Shown piece after piece: positions 1 to 12,325 of a stretch of DNA of 64,000 nucleotides. The DNA lies in the NCBI RefSeq assembly GCF_006345805.1, contig NC_043010.1, forward strand, positions 11,904,001 through 11,968,000, read 5' to 3'. Below the pieces are notes generated by a model. It saw nothing but the letters and a program-made list of their open reading frames with translations, was not told the origin of the DNA and ran no database searches. The DNA comes from Octopus sinensis. Lineage: Eukaryota. How positions within the stretch are numbered: the stretch's first letter is position 1; the number at the start of each line of letters is the position of its first letter. The translations under genes were made by a program, and so were the position numbers.

Positions 1-686
1 TAATGTGCGAAGAATAATTTCAGGCTGAAGGCACTTCTGCTTTTGGACAATGCGCCTGGCCATCCTTCAAATCTCAATTCTCACTCTAAATATGCATACT
101 TGCTGAAGTTGCTTTCATTCCACCAAACACAATTTCACTACTGTATCCTATGGGTGGAGGTGCAATGGCCCAGTGGTTAGGGCAGCGGACTCGAGGTCAT
201 AGGATCGCGGTTTCGATTCCCAGACCGGGCGTTGTGAGTGTTTATTGAGCGAAAACACCTAAAGCTCCACGAGGCTCCGGCAGGGGATGGTGGTGATCCC
301 TGCTGTACTCTTTCACCACAACTTTCTCTCACTCTTACTTCCTGTTTCTGTTGTACCTGTATTTCAAGGGGCCGGCCTTGTCATTCTCTGTGTCACGCTG
401 AATATCCCCGAGAACTACGTTAAGGGTGCACGTGTCTGTGGAGTGCTCAGCCACTTACACGTTAATTTCACGAGCAGGCTGTTCCGTTGATTCGGATCAA
501 CCGGAACCCTCGTCGTCGTAACCGACGGAGTGCTTCCATCCACTTTATCCTATGGATCAAAGAGTTCTATTTGTTTCAAAGGCATATTATCTAAGAAAAA
601 CTGTTGATTACAATTATTAATGATAAATATCAGTCTGTCAAAAGTTCTGGAAAAATTGCAACATTGTGCAAGCAATAAAAAAATAT
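1..686 (+). mobile_element. Tigger/pogo-type (DDE_1) transposase relic, frameshifted, interrupted by SINE A
   Basis: Manual translation gives KNNFRLKALLLLDNAPGHP (10-66), EVAFIPPNTISLLYPM|DQRVLFVSKAYYLRKT across the SINE, and FWKNCNIVQAIK (645-680). These match the Tigger motifs LLLLDNAPGHP, FLPPNTTSLLQPMDQG and FKAYYLR. Confidence 0.85.
155..545 (+). mobile_element. tRNA-derived SINE, family A (full length)
   Basis: A-box TGGCCCAGTGG and B-box GGTTTCGATTCCC; 10-bp TSD TATCCTATGG at 144-153 and 546-555; paralogs at 26564 and 58599. Confidence 0.9.
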
Positions 687-1271
687 TGTTGTATTTAGGA
701 ATGGTCATTTTGCCAGTTTAGCCAATAAAAACACACGCACTATATATTTGGTATTACTCTCTTTACTCTTTTACTTGTTTCGGTCATTTGACTGCGACCA
801 TGCTGGAGCACCGCCTTTAATCGAGCAACTCAACCCCGGGACTTATTCTTTTGTACTTATTCTATCGGTCTCTTTTGCCGAACCGCTAAGTAACGGGGAC
901 ATAAACACACCAGCATCAGTTGTCAAGCAATGCTAGGGGGACAAACACAGACACACAAACACACACACACGCATATATATATATACATATATACGACGGG
1001 CTTCTTTCAGTTTCCGTCTACCAAATCCACTCACAAGGCATTGGTCGGCCCGAGGCTATAGTAGAAGACACTTGCCCAAGGTGCTACTTACCACACAGCC
1101 ACTTCTGTGCCTATTACTTTGCTTCAGTGTTATTTATTTTTTACATTAATCTTAATCTTATTTTGCCCAGAGTTTTTTCGTCACACTCCTGTGAAGCAAA
1201 GTAACACCAAATATATTGTGCATGTGTTTTTATTGGCTAAACTGGCAAAATGACCCTTCCTAAATACAACA
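687..1271. mobile_element. Fold-back/MITE-like element with ~80-bp terminal inverted repeats, interrupted by SINE B
   Basis: 687-758 plus 1119-1126 is the reverse complement of 1192-1271; ~65-bp spacer. Confidence 0.75.
759..1111 (-). mobile_element. SINE family B (tRNA head, CORE-like CTTGGGCAAGT domain, (GTAAAAGA)n tail); B-box segment deleted
   Basis: Near-identical to many other copies in the window; 7-bp TSD TATTACT at 752-758 and 1112-1118. Confidence 0.9.
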
Positions 1272-1528
1272 ACATCTGTTTGAACACACGATTTCACATA
1301 AAAAAATCTTGCAAAACAAATATATAAACGTAATAAAAAAATATTAATCCTTTAACATTTAAACTGGCTATATCTGGCCCAGATATTCTACCTGTTTTAT
1401 ACTCAAACCAGCCAGATCTGGTTTCTCACGTCAGCCCTACAAATGTCATTCTAAAAATATACAATCACAAAGTTTCCCTCTTCAAATGCCCCTGATCCTC
1501 TCATAATTCCTTGTCTTGTGAATTACAT

Positions 1529-1823
1529 GGTGACTCGGCCAGTGCTGGTGCCATGTAAAAAGCATCCAGTCCACAGTGTAAAGTGGTTGGCATTTGGAAG
1601 GGCACCCAGCTGTAAAAATCATGCCAAAACTAACCTCACTTGTGCTAGTGCTGCATTAAAAGCACCGAGTCCACCCTGCAGAGTGATTGGTATTAGGAAG
1701 GGCATCTACCCATAAAAACGCTGACAAAACAGACACAGTAGCAGAGGGTAGTTTTACTACCCAGCTCCAGTGAACCGTCCAATCATGCATGCATGGAAGA
1801 TGGACATTAAATGATGATGATGA
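1529..1823 (+). mobile_element. SINE-like family D, old copy, (GAT)n tail
   Basis: Shares GGAAGGGCAYCCAGCTGTA and ...TTAAATGATGATG 3' end with 15550, 23288 and 61320. Confidence 0.7.
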
Positions 1824-1882
1824 TCATCATCATCATCCTCAACATCATCAAAACATCAGATAATGTATGCAAACAAATGTAT

Positions 1883-2044
1883 GCGACAAAAATATTTTGA
1901 CAAATTAAATTTAAATGTTGAAGTGAATCTAACGGTTTTTGTGTGTTTCTTAAATGGCTTATAAACACGTTCCACGCTGCAATTGTTTTCGTTCCAGCAC
2001 ACGATCTCAGATCAAGTCACTCGCTATGCAAGTACATTTCCGTA
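1883..2044. repeat. Dispersed repeat H (~160 bp)
   Basis: Highly similar to 39834-39993. Confidence 0.8.
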
Positions 2045-2557
2045 AAGATAATGTATAATTAATTCAAAACAATGTGATTGAATAAGCATTACATTTGTCA
2101 AAATAATCTGAATGCTAACGGATTAAAAACGCCTGTGATAAAGTTAAACATATATGTTTGGATAAATGTGTATCCAAATGCATTTAAAAAGAAAGTCTAG
2201 TCACAGTATGGGATTTAGACATAAGCTAAACTAGCAACAGATTAAAGTCTCATAATCTGCACGATTCAATGATAATCAAAAGAGGTATCTATGTTTTTAA
2301 CTTATTTGGAATCTTTTTGTGTTTCGGTTTTTAAACAAGCAGCCTCTTCGCTTTATATGTACTTTAGAGACTCAGCAAGACTAAACCTGATACAGATTAA
2401 AAGATGAGACATTTTCAGTCACCCGTAACCTTGTACAAATGGTACATCATGTAAGATTCAAAGAAGCTGATGCTAATGATATTCAGGATTTTTTGCATGT
2501 GGTAATAAGACCTTCATCTATGAAGACTTTTAGGATTTAACAGACTCACCAATGTCT

Positions 2558-2969
2558 TACTCTTTTACTCTTTCTCTCTCTTTTACTTGTTTCAGTCATT
2601 TGACTGTGGCCATGCTGGAGCACCGCCTTTAGTCGAACAAATCGACCCCAGGACTTATTCCTTGTAAGCCCAGTACTTATTCTATCGCTCTCTTTTGCTG
2701 AACCGCTAAGTGACGGTGACGTAAACACACCAGCATCGGTTGTCAAGCAATGCTAGGGGGACAAACACGGACACACAAACATACACACACATACATATAT
2801 ATATACGATGGGCTTCTTTCAGTTTCCATCTACCAAATCCACTCACAAGGCTTTGGTCGCCCCGAGGCTATAGTAGAAGACACTTGCCCAAGATGCCACA
2901 CAGTGGGACTAAACCCAGAACCATGTGGTTGGTAAGCAAGCTACTTACCACACAGCCACTCCTGCGCCT
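2558..2969 (-). mobile_element. SINE family B, full length
   Basis: Runs from tail TACTCTTTTACTC to head ...CCACTCCTGCGCCT. Confidence 0.9.
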
Positions 2970-3456
2970 ATATGGAAGAAAACATTTCTCAGAATTAGTT
3001 TTGATAACAGCATTTTTATATATATATAAAAGCACTAGCGAAATAATTTGGAATGACTTTCAGAAAGATATCCAGATTTTGATTGATGGATGAAATCAAG
3101 AACCCCATTTTCATGTCAACCTGCATGAAATCCCTCCTGGTTCAATAATACAAGCTGTTTTAAAGTAATCTAAATTTAAAACCTTCATCAATATTTTATG
3201 CTAATTTTTGTTCTAAACACCAGCTAAATAATGGAAATGTTCTATATTTTCAGAACTACTTGAAGCAAAGATAGAATATTCCAACAGAAATGTGGTAACG
3301 AAAGTACTTGAAGAGCTGTAATGGAGGCACTGAATTACTATGAGAAAGGTTCAGAGCCAGATGTACCATATTCAAGATTTTTCATTTCTTATTTTTGTGT
3401 TGTATAAACAAAAAAAGTGTGTATATTTTGAGATTGAATTACAAATTATTTTTATC

Positions 3457-3570
3457 GGCTGTGTGGTAAGTAGCTTGCTTACAAACCACATAGTTCCAGG
3501 TTCAGTCCCACTGTGTGGCACCTTGGACAAATGTCTTCTACTATAGCCTCGGGCCAATCAAAGCCTTGTG
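3457..3570 (+). mobile_element. SINE family B, head/CORE part only
   Basis: GGCTGTGTGGTAAGTAGCTTGC...GGTTCAGTCCC...CCTTGGACAAATGTCTTC. Confidence 0.8.
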
Positions 3571-3650
3571 CTTGCAGGAAAATAACACATGCTTACAAAT
3601 ATCACTTGATGTTACTCAAATGCTCACACACACACACACACACACATATC

Positions 3651-3910
3651 AATTTACTCTCCGCAAAATATCCCAAATTTTATTTAATTTGCTTTGCAGG
3701 AAGGACTGTTTCAACGAAGTTGCGTCTTGTTCTTGCCTTCGAAACACAGAGTAGATGAAACAGGGACAACTGAAGAAGGAGAATATTCCTTGTGTTGTAT
3801 GTCTTGTTTCTCTGTTTTTTTTTCGTTTCTATCTTTTTGTTTTTATGTTTTCCTTTCTCATTGTGTTCCACGTTTTTTTTTTTTGATGTCCTGTACCCAT
3901 ATATGCATGT
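3651..3910 (+). repeat. Microsatellite-associated dispersed repeat F
   Basis: Similar to 10611-10884; contains CTTCGAAAC...ACTGAAGAAGG and ends GTCCTGTACCCATATATGCATG running into a TA microsatellite. Confidence 0.75.
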
Positions 3911-3984
3911 ATATATATACATATATATGTAGGTATGTACATATATGTATGTATACATACATATATTTATATATTATTATATAT

Positions 3985-4019
<35 letters not shown>

Positions 4020-4929
4020 CACACACACACACACATACATTAAAAAGCATACATTAAATACAGACCAGATTATTACTCAGACTAACTAGATCAACTTACT
4101 AAAATCCAACATCCTACACATGGGAGATGTAATCCAAGTAAATCCAGCAAAATCCTGTTTGCCCATCTTTTATATTATCCATATACACACACACATACAT
4201 GCATATAAATATGTGTGTAAGTGTGTGTATGTGTGTGTGTGTGTGTGTAAACATTTTTTCTTGTAAAAGTTTAATAAACATTTATACTACTATAAGTTGT
4301 TGGTAATTCTTCAGTTTAACATTAACACACAGATATATAAATTGTCACATTTTTATTTTTATTTTTATTTTTTTTAGGCATTTTCTGTTTGGATAAAGGA
4401 AAGATTAAATAAATCTAATAAAACCACATTTAGAAAACAATTATCACCAAATAAAATACCAACCATATCTTGCACAAAATTCAAAAAGACTATTTAGGGT
4501 AAATTTAGGTGTTAAAATAGAACAGCCATGAATGAGTTTTTATGCTAAGTAGTGCTGTGTTGTGATTGTGGTTTGTTTAACATTAGATCTGAAAGGAAAC
4601 TTGTTGTGTTCTGTTCTCATCAAAGCTAAGATCTATCGTTGTCAATACCTTAAGTACATTGAGGTTTAGCTACATATGTAAATATATATGCCATAAATGT
4701 TATATCTACTCTTTTCTTCTATTCCTTTCTCAATTCCTTACTCTCTCTCTCTCTCAATATTTCTCTCGCTTTCTCTTATCTAGTAATAAAAATTTGTTTA
4801 GTTCAGCCAGAGAAATTGTTGTTAGTGAGACATCTTTAGGTGAAGAAATGAATAGTTGGATATACGTAAGTACATACATATGAATAAATAAAGAAGTGAA
4901 CAGAAAGAAAGACAGATATACACGCATGC

Positions 4930-4930
4930 A

Positions 4931-4965
<35 letters not shown>

Positions 4966-5290
4966 AGAGAGAGAGAAAGAGAGAGAGGGGGAGACAGAAA
5001 GAGAAGGAGAGAGAGAGAAAGAGAGGAAGAGAGAGAAAAAGGGGGAAAGAGAGAAAGAGAGGGAGAGAGAGAAAGAGAAGGAGGGAGAGAAAAAGGGAGA
5101 AAGAGAGAAAGAGAGGGAGAGAGAAAGAGTGGGTGAGAGAGAAAGAGAGGGGAGAGAGAAAGAGAGGGAGAGAAAGAAAGAGAGGGAATGAGAGAAAGAG
5201 AGGGAGAGAGAGAAAGAGAGGGAGAGAGAGATAGAGAGGGGAAGAGAGAAAGAGAGAGAGAGAGAGAGAAAGAGATAAATAGATAGATAA
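4930..5290. repeat. (GT)n plus complex (GA)-rich microsatellite/minisatellite
   Basis: Directly visible; source of the ERER/SLSL pseudo-ORFs. Confidence 0.95.
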
Positions 5291-5299
5291 GCTGACAGA

Positions 5300-5870
5300 T
5301 AGTCACCTTCCTTTTCTCTATTTTCCTAAATGACATGTTCACCACACACAACTCTTTCTCATCACAAAACTCCAACAGCATCCATCCTTCTAAATTTCTC
5401 TCCCTAATTCCGTTTCCCCTATGCACACCCTCAAAGCCCTGGATCCATTTCCCAGCATTTTCATTAAAATCACCCAAGGCCCAAATCAGTTCATCTACCT
5501 TTTTGTAAATCATCAAAGAACCACCCTTTCTCAGCGATCCCTCTTCCACGTTGCAGGCCACACCCATAAATGACCCTCACCAATTCTTCCTCAAATGCTA
5601 ACACTACTGTCACCACTGTCACTCCTGACCTCCACCACCTTCTCACAGATTTTTTCCTTCACCAAAACTCCCACTCCTCCAGGCCCAACCACCACAACTT
5701 GTACCTTCTTCCCTTGAAACCCCCACAAATCTAGTAACCTGGCCCCTCCACCTAGCCTCCTGCACACAGCACACATCCACCTTCCTCTTCCTCAATTCAT
5801 CACATACCCCAGTTCCCTTTCCATGCAGACTGCCCACATTCCAACTTCTCAACCTCACCCCAAGTTTCTC
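5300..5870 (-). mobile_element. RTE-clade LINE, AP-endonuclease region, degenerate
   Basis: Frames give LRSWNVGSLHGK...VDVCCVQEARWRG, GVGVLVKEK and GDFNENAGK...HRGNGIRERNLEGWMLLEFCDEKELCVVN, typical of the RTE endonuclease. Confidence 0.85.
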
Positions 5871-6248
5871 CTCAGTCCTTCAGCCACCATAAGACAAGTC
5901 ATGCTTACACAACCCAGGATGAGGGTTTGCGCCTTCCTTTTTGAGGTAGGTAGGTGCAGCCCACCCCAACTTTTGAGCTGGCTGGTGCCCATTCTTCTTT
6001 GCTATCATGAGGCTTTCTTGGAGCTGGAGTTTATTCGGGAGCATGCCCTTGCTTACCCCTAACCTAAGTTTCTGGACATGTGTTGTCTTGAGACCAAGGC
6101 CTGTACCATGATTTTTAAGAAATGTGGTGGAAAACTAGCTCAGGAATGCAGGGACACTACTCTCTGAGACCCCTTTCAGAGCCCCTTCCCTATGTAATAT
6201 ATATATATATAACATATACACACACACACACACACACACATATATAAA

Positions 6249-6462
6249 GGTGGCGAGCTGGCAGACTCGTTAGCACGCCGGGCGAAATGCGTAGCCGTAT
6301 TTCGTCTGCCGTTACGTTCTGAGTTCAAATTCTGCCAAGGTCGACTTTGCCTTTCATCCTTTCGGAGTCGATAAATTAAGTACCAGTTACGCCCTGGGGT
6401 CGATATAATCGACTTAATCCCTTTGTCCTCTCTGTGTTTAGCCCCTTGTGGGCAGTAGTGAA

Positions 6463-6465
<3 letters not shown>
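6249..6465 (+). mobile_element. SINE family E (tRNA-like head with GAGTTCAAATTC B-box, central GTCGACTTTGCCTTTCATCCTTTCGG domain)
   Basis: Multiple copies in the window; flanked by ACATATATA. Confidence 0.9.
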
Positions 6466-6499
<34 letters not shown>

Positions 6500-7164
6500 T
6501 GGTGGCTCTGACACTCGGGCTGTTCAGGCTTAGCCCAAGTATAAATTTACTAAAGTGAACATGTATTTGCAAGCTGATTTAATATCTGCCAACACTGGCT
6601 TCAACTATATGATCGCAGCCAATAACTTGGGCTCCTTATATTGAGCCTGGTCACAGGTCATTAATTTTCATTCAGCGTCTGGTGGTCGTCTTAGAGGTGT
6701 CCTGTGTCAAAAACTATCATTTATAGCAGGCATTCTTTCACCATCGTACACATGTACCTGACTAGGGATCAGAAGTTACAGCCTGAGTTGTTGTTATCTA
6801 TAATCGTAAAAATTATAAGTAATTCAAATTCAATGTTTCCTTGAAGCAATAAATTTCTATAGAGATTAGGATTTAAATTCTAATCTATGAATAGTTACCT
6901 TTCTAAAATATTTTTAAAGGAACAAAAAAATAATCTAGCAATTCGGGCTAATCCAAACAAGCCTGGTAGGTTTAAAAACCTGACTGACATCTCTTGTCAA
7001 GAATACAGGTGACAGTCAGAACACCGATGTTTGTTGTGCACTCCGCTGTCGATATTTGATTGCTGCTATTCTGTGCGCCTGTGTGAAGATCAGTTGTGTT
7101 TTGCAGGGTTGCTTTATTTTTGCCTTTAACTTAGAAATCTAGAAAGACATTTTTTTATTTTTTA

Positions 7165-7551
7165 TACTTGTTTCAGTCATTTGACTGCGGCCATGCTGGA
7201 GCACCGCCTTTAATCAAGCAACTCGACCCCGAGACTTATTCTTTTGTAAGCCCAGTACTTATTCTATCACTCTCTTTTGCCGAACCGCTAAGTAACGGGG
7301 ACATAAATACACCAGCATCGGTTGTCAAGCAATGCTAGGGGGACAAACACACACACGCATATATATATATATATATATACATATATACGACAGGCTTCTT
7401 TCAGTTTCCGTCTACCAAATCCACTCACAAGGCTTTGGTCAGCCCGAGACTATAGTAGAAGATACTTGCCCAAGATGCCATGCAGTGGGACTGAACCCGG
7501 GACCATGTGGTTGGTAAACAAGCTACTTACCACACAGCCACTCCTGCGCCT
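7165..7551 (-). mobile_element. SINE family B, full length
   Basis: Matches family consensus. Confidence 0.9.
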
Positions 7552-7987
7552 ATAGTGCTAAGTATAAAAAAATAAATAAGCCATTTGGAGCTAGAAATAA
7601 AGCAGAAAAGCCTGAAATTCTTCAAGCAGGCATGTGTCTTATGCGAAATCTGGGATAAGCCCGAGTGTTACTGATGACCTGGAGTTATCTCTGATGTGTG
7701 CATGCACGTGTGTGTGTGTATAAAATAACGAAGGCTGCTATACACAATATAAAACCATAAAGGAAGAATTCAGTTGTCACTAATTGTGATTGACAGTGCA
7801 GGGTAGCACCTATATTGCTAGAAATAACAGCAATGTCGCAGGAAGCATATGTCTATGCACTAACAGGGAAGACAACTGGCCCACAGCAAACAAGATCATG
7901 ATACTGATCTAGTCTCACTTAGAATTAAAGACGTCACTGGTGATTACTCCATCGCTGGATGGTTTGGCTACATTCCAACTGTCCGTA

Positions 7988-8351
7988 TTACTTTATTTTA
8001 CTTACTTTTTGTTTCAGTCATGTGACTGTGGCCATGCTGGAGCACCGCCTTTAGTCGAGCAAATCGACCCCGGGACTTATTCTTTGTAAGCCTAGTACTT
8101 ATTCTATCAAGCTCTTTTGCCGAACCGCTAAGTTACGGGGATGTAAACACACCAGCATCGGTTGTCAAGCAATGTTGGTGGGACAAACGCAGACACACAA
8201 ACATATACACACACATACATATATATATATATAAATATATACGACGGGCTTCTTTCAGTTTCCGCCTACCAAATCCACACACAAGGCTTTGGTCAGCCCG
8301 AGGCTATAGTAGAAGACACTTGCCCAAGATGCCACGCAGTGGGACTGAACC
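7988..8351 (-). mobile_element. SINE family B, 5'-truncated
   Basis: Ends at GGGACTGAACC; head missing. Confidence 0.9.
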
Positions 8352-8536
8352 AGTATACAGTATTTACCATATAAATCAGTGACTGATTCAGCAAAATGGT
8401 AAAGGGAAAATTATAAAATAACAAAGGTGGCTATATGCAATATAAAACCAAAAGGAAAAGTTCAGTTGTCACAAATTGTGAATGACAGTGTAGGGTAGCA
8501 CCTACATTGCTAGAAATAAGAGCTAAACAGCTTTAT

Positions 8537-8950
8537 GATGGCGATCTGGCAGAAACGTTAGCACGCCGGGCGAAATGCTTAGCGGTATTTCGTCTGCAGC
8601 TACGTTCCCAGTTCAAATTCCGCCAAGGTCGACTTTACCTTTCATCCTTTCAGCATCGATTAAGCAAGTACCAGTTATGCACTGGGGTTGATATAATCGA
8701 CTTAATCCATTTATCTGCCCTTGTTTGTCCCTTCTGTGTTCAGCCACTTGTGGGTAGTAAAGAAATAGGTATTTCGTCTGCAGCTACGTTCTGAGTTCAA
8801 ATTCTGCCGAGGTCGACTTTGCCCTTCATCCTTTCGGGGTCGATAAATTAAGTACCAGTTATGCACTGGGGTCGATATAATCGACTTAATCCGTTTGTCT
8901 GTCCTTGTTTGTTCCCTCTATGTTTAGCCTCTTGTAGGCAGTAATGAAAT
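8537..8950 (+). mobile_element. SINE family E, head + two tandem bodies
   Basis: Junction AAAGAAATAGG|TATTTCGTCTG near 8768; 17-bp TSD TAGAAATAAGAGCTAAA at 8511-8527 and 8951-8967. Confidence 0.9.
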
Positions 8951-9259
8951 TAGAAATAAGAGCTAAAAGCGCTTGTAGCCACAAGAAGCACAGGTCTATA
9001 TAAACAGAGATAGGTAGCCAAATCAAGTAATAGAGCACACATGATATGTGTTTTGATGTTTAAATATTTGTATGAACAGATTCTGATTCGGTGATGCTTA
9101 CCATGAAGTTTCATAGATGTGTGATTTAGTCTTTCTTGGTCTTTTGGATACTTACTTCTGAGTAGGAAACATCTCCCAAAAAGATATGGCATGTTTTCAT
9201 GCCACTGAAACTTCCGAGTGATGCATCTCGGATTCAAACTGCTAATGCCACAATATTAG

Positions 9260-9349
9260 TAATATATATATATATATATATATAATATATATATATATAT
9301 ACACACAAACCTTTAAATATATATATGCACACATATATATATATATATC

Positions 9350-9381
<32 letters not shown>

Positions 9382-9607
9382 ACACACACACATTTATATA
9401 TATATACACATACTTATATGCATATATATTTAAATATATATATGCACACATATATATATTAAATGGATGGGAGGGTGTATGTATATATACATATATACAC
9501 ATGCACACATACATACACATGCACACACAGACACACAAATACATATACGGATACATACTTATATATATATATACATATATATTATACATATATATATATA
9601 CACATAT

Positions 9608-9681
<74 letters not shown>

Positions 9682-9724
9682 GTATATATATATATATGTA
9701 TATGTATATGTATGTATATCTATA

Positions 9725-9758
<34 letters not shown>

Positions 9759-9790
9759 TATATATATATTGATGCATACATTCATACATA
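9260..9790. repeat. (TA)n/(CA)n compound microsatellite
   Basis: Directly visible. Confidence 0.95.
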
Positions 9791-10437
9791 TATTTTGTGA
9801 CCTGAGGCACATATTCACTTACGCAAAAATTTTTTTGTATGCATTTATTTTTTTATCTGTCTGCATTTTTCCTCGTTCTGTCCATTCTTTCTCGCACTCA
9901 TTTATTGCGTCAAGCTAAGAACCCGCTCTATCTCATGCCTACCCTTTTTCTTCCCCTACTCTCTCTCTCTTTCTCACATGCACTTATACATGCACACACA
10001 GATTTCTTATATTCATCTTTTGCAGGCCGATTTAATCTACCCTCTGAGTCACAGTGATTCATCCTTACAATTCTCGATATTGCAAGGCTGAGCTTTGACA
10101 GAATGATCAATGAGGGAGCCATTTCAAATCTTGCTTATAACTGAGAAATCTTTCTTTATTTTTATTTTTTTCATCTTTATTAATCTTTTCCCTGAAACAG
10201 AAATACTTAAGAAAAATTGCTTCAGACCACAGCACAAAATCTCTAAACCTGTTATATTTTTTGAAAGAATCTTTGGTTAAGCTATATTCCAAACACCATC
10301 GTAATGATGACAAAGTTAGTTTTTCCTTTTCTAAATCCAATCCCTTCGTATTCTTGTTTATTTTCACAATAATTCAAAGCACAAAAGCTATGTCTTTCGT
10401 TAGAGATACAAAAGGTGTGTCCCACCTCTTTCTGTCC

Positions 10438-10485
<48 letters not shown>

Positions 10486-10542
10486 TTCTAAATATATATA
10501 TACTTGGAAATGGATGTGCGGTGTTCAATCATATAATAATAT

Positions 10543-10585
<43 letters not shown>

Positions 10586-10610
10586 CGTTACTGTCCTGTT
10601 TTTGTTACCA

Positions 10611-10884
10611 TTTTTACCCCTCCGCAAAAAGATCTCAAATTTCATTTAATTTGTTTTTCGCGGGAAGGAAAGTTTCTATCGAAGATGCGTATCACCTTCA
10701 CCTTCGAAACGCAGAGTAGATGAAACCATGGCGACTGAAGAAGGGGAATTTTCCTTGTGTTATTTGTCCTGTACTCTATTTTTTTGTTGTTTAAGAAAAA
10801 TGTCCAGTTCTTTGGTTTTGTGTTTATGTTTTTGTTTCTCATTGTGTTCGACGTTTTTTTGGTGTCCTGTACCCATATATGCAT
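10611..10884 (+). repeat. Repeat F copy
   Basis: Similar to 3651-3910. Confidence 0.75.
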
Positions 10885-11010
10885 GTATATATACATGTAG
10901 AGGTAGGTACGTACATATATATATATATATGCATATGTTTTATTTATTAGTTTATTATATGTGCATATACATACCTATATGTACATACTTACATATATAT
11001 GTATATACAT

Positions 11011-11188
11011 ATGCATATATGGGTACAGGACGTCATAAAATGTAAACAACATGAAATATGAAATACGAAAACATGGAATACAAACTTTTTTGTGAACAAC
11101 GAAAGAAACAAACGGAAAACAAGACAAGTAACATAAAGAACACCCCTTCATCAGTTGTCGGCTGTTTTTCTACTCCTCATTTCAAGCA
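11011..11188 (-). repeat. Diverged repeat F copy in inverted orientation
   Basis: 11011-11031 is the exact reverse complement of 10864-10884; the minus strand also carries CAACTGATGAAGGGG and TTGAAAT..GAGTAG. Confidence 0.65.
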
Positions 11189-11983
11189 ACTCTTTCTTCC
11201 TGTAGTGGAGTTAGTCTAGAACTATGATTCCTTAAGTGGATTTCAAGGAACCTTACTATACTATGGAAAGTTTGTTAGCTTCATGAAATAAGATGACTTT
11301 TGAAAAAATTTAAGATTTCATTTTGTAAAGCAATGGAATTCACTGGTTTCTAAATAAGCTGATATAATTTTCTATTTTTTGTTAATGTGAGTATCTGAAA
11401 TAATTTTATTTATTTCATTTAGGGTCATATTAAAATTAGGATGATCAGAGTTCTTAGTAAAATACAGGAACAGGTTCGGTGACTTTACTGAAAATCATTT
11501 AAGAACTCCATGAGGAAATATGCATGTGAGTAGATCTACTGGGGTGGGTTGTGCCCAAGGTTTTCTGAAGCCTGCTTAGACTACCACAATCAATGCTGCT
11601 AATGTTCCTTTCGATTGGCTGTTAGCAACTTCATCATCATTTCCTCCTCCTCATCTAAGCTTTCTGCCTGGCATGCTAAAGATTCTGCTAGCTTGCCACC
11701 TTCAGCAGCTTATGTAATGTCCAAAATTTATGAAAACAAGACATTTGTCCTACAGAGCCAGAGCCAGTTTCAGCCAGGTTGGTAACGAAAGGGTTAACTC
11801 AAAGCTGGAATCATGACAGATGCTTCTACTTTGGTTCAGAGTAGAACTGGGAACAAGAGTGTCAAAGAATTGGTTCCACACTCCTCAGAACCCTGGAACT
11901 TCTGTACCATGTCTCCACAACCGGATGCAATTTAAAGTTATACACAGGACAGGATGTGTAATGTTCCTAACATGAAAAAAAAA

Positions 11984-12325
11984 TTACTTACTCTTTTACT
12001 CTTTTACTTGTTCCAGTCATTTGACTGTGGCCATGCTGGAGCACCACCTGTAGTCGAGCAAATCGACCCCAGGACTTATTCTTTGTAAGCCTAGTACTTA
12101 TTCTATCGGTCTCTTTTGCCAAACCGCTAAGTTACAGGGATGTAAACACACCAGCATCGGTTGTCAAGTGATGTTGGGGGGACAAACACAGACACACAAA
12201 CATATACACACACACATATATATATATATATATAACATATATATACGACGGGCTTCTTTCAGTTCCCGTCTACCAAATCCACTCACAAGGCTTTGGTCGG
12301 CCTGAAGCTATAGTAGAAGACACTT
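11984..12325 (-). mobile_element. SINE family B, 5'-truncated
   Basis: Matches consensus up to AGAAGACACTT. Confidence 0.9.

Larger units (their letters stand above)
1348..2122. mobile_element. piggyBac-type MITE (family C), interrupted by SINE D and repeat H
   Basis: TTAA at 1344-47 and 2123-26; 1348-1468 and 2046-2122 match the two halves of the intact copies at 50418 and 63226. Confidence 0.7.

Noticed and set aside
920-1204. Recurrent 'MSSNARGTNTD...' and 'MLGGQTQTHK...' ORFs at many loci
   Set aside because: Antisense translations of SINE family B; they recur because the SINE does.
6718-6800. Possible phase-1 terminal protocadherin exon (D-NNNSGCNF-stop) on the minus strand
   Set aside because: Very short, weak acceptor and 24 kb from the previous exon; not distinguishable from chance.
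7640-7690. GCGAAA...CTGATGA as a type II hammerhead
   Set aside because: Stem II cannot form (C opposite C) and there is no stem III/UH.
7730-8522. ~100-bp direct repeat (7730-7830, 8422-8522) around a SINE B
   Set aside because: The repeats do not abut the SINE and are roughly 15% diverged; more likely two copies of an old dispersed repeat than a TSD.
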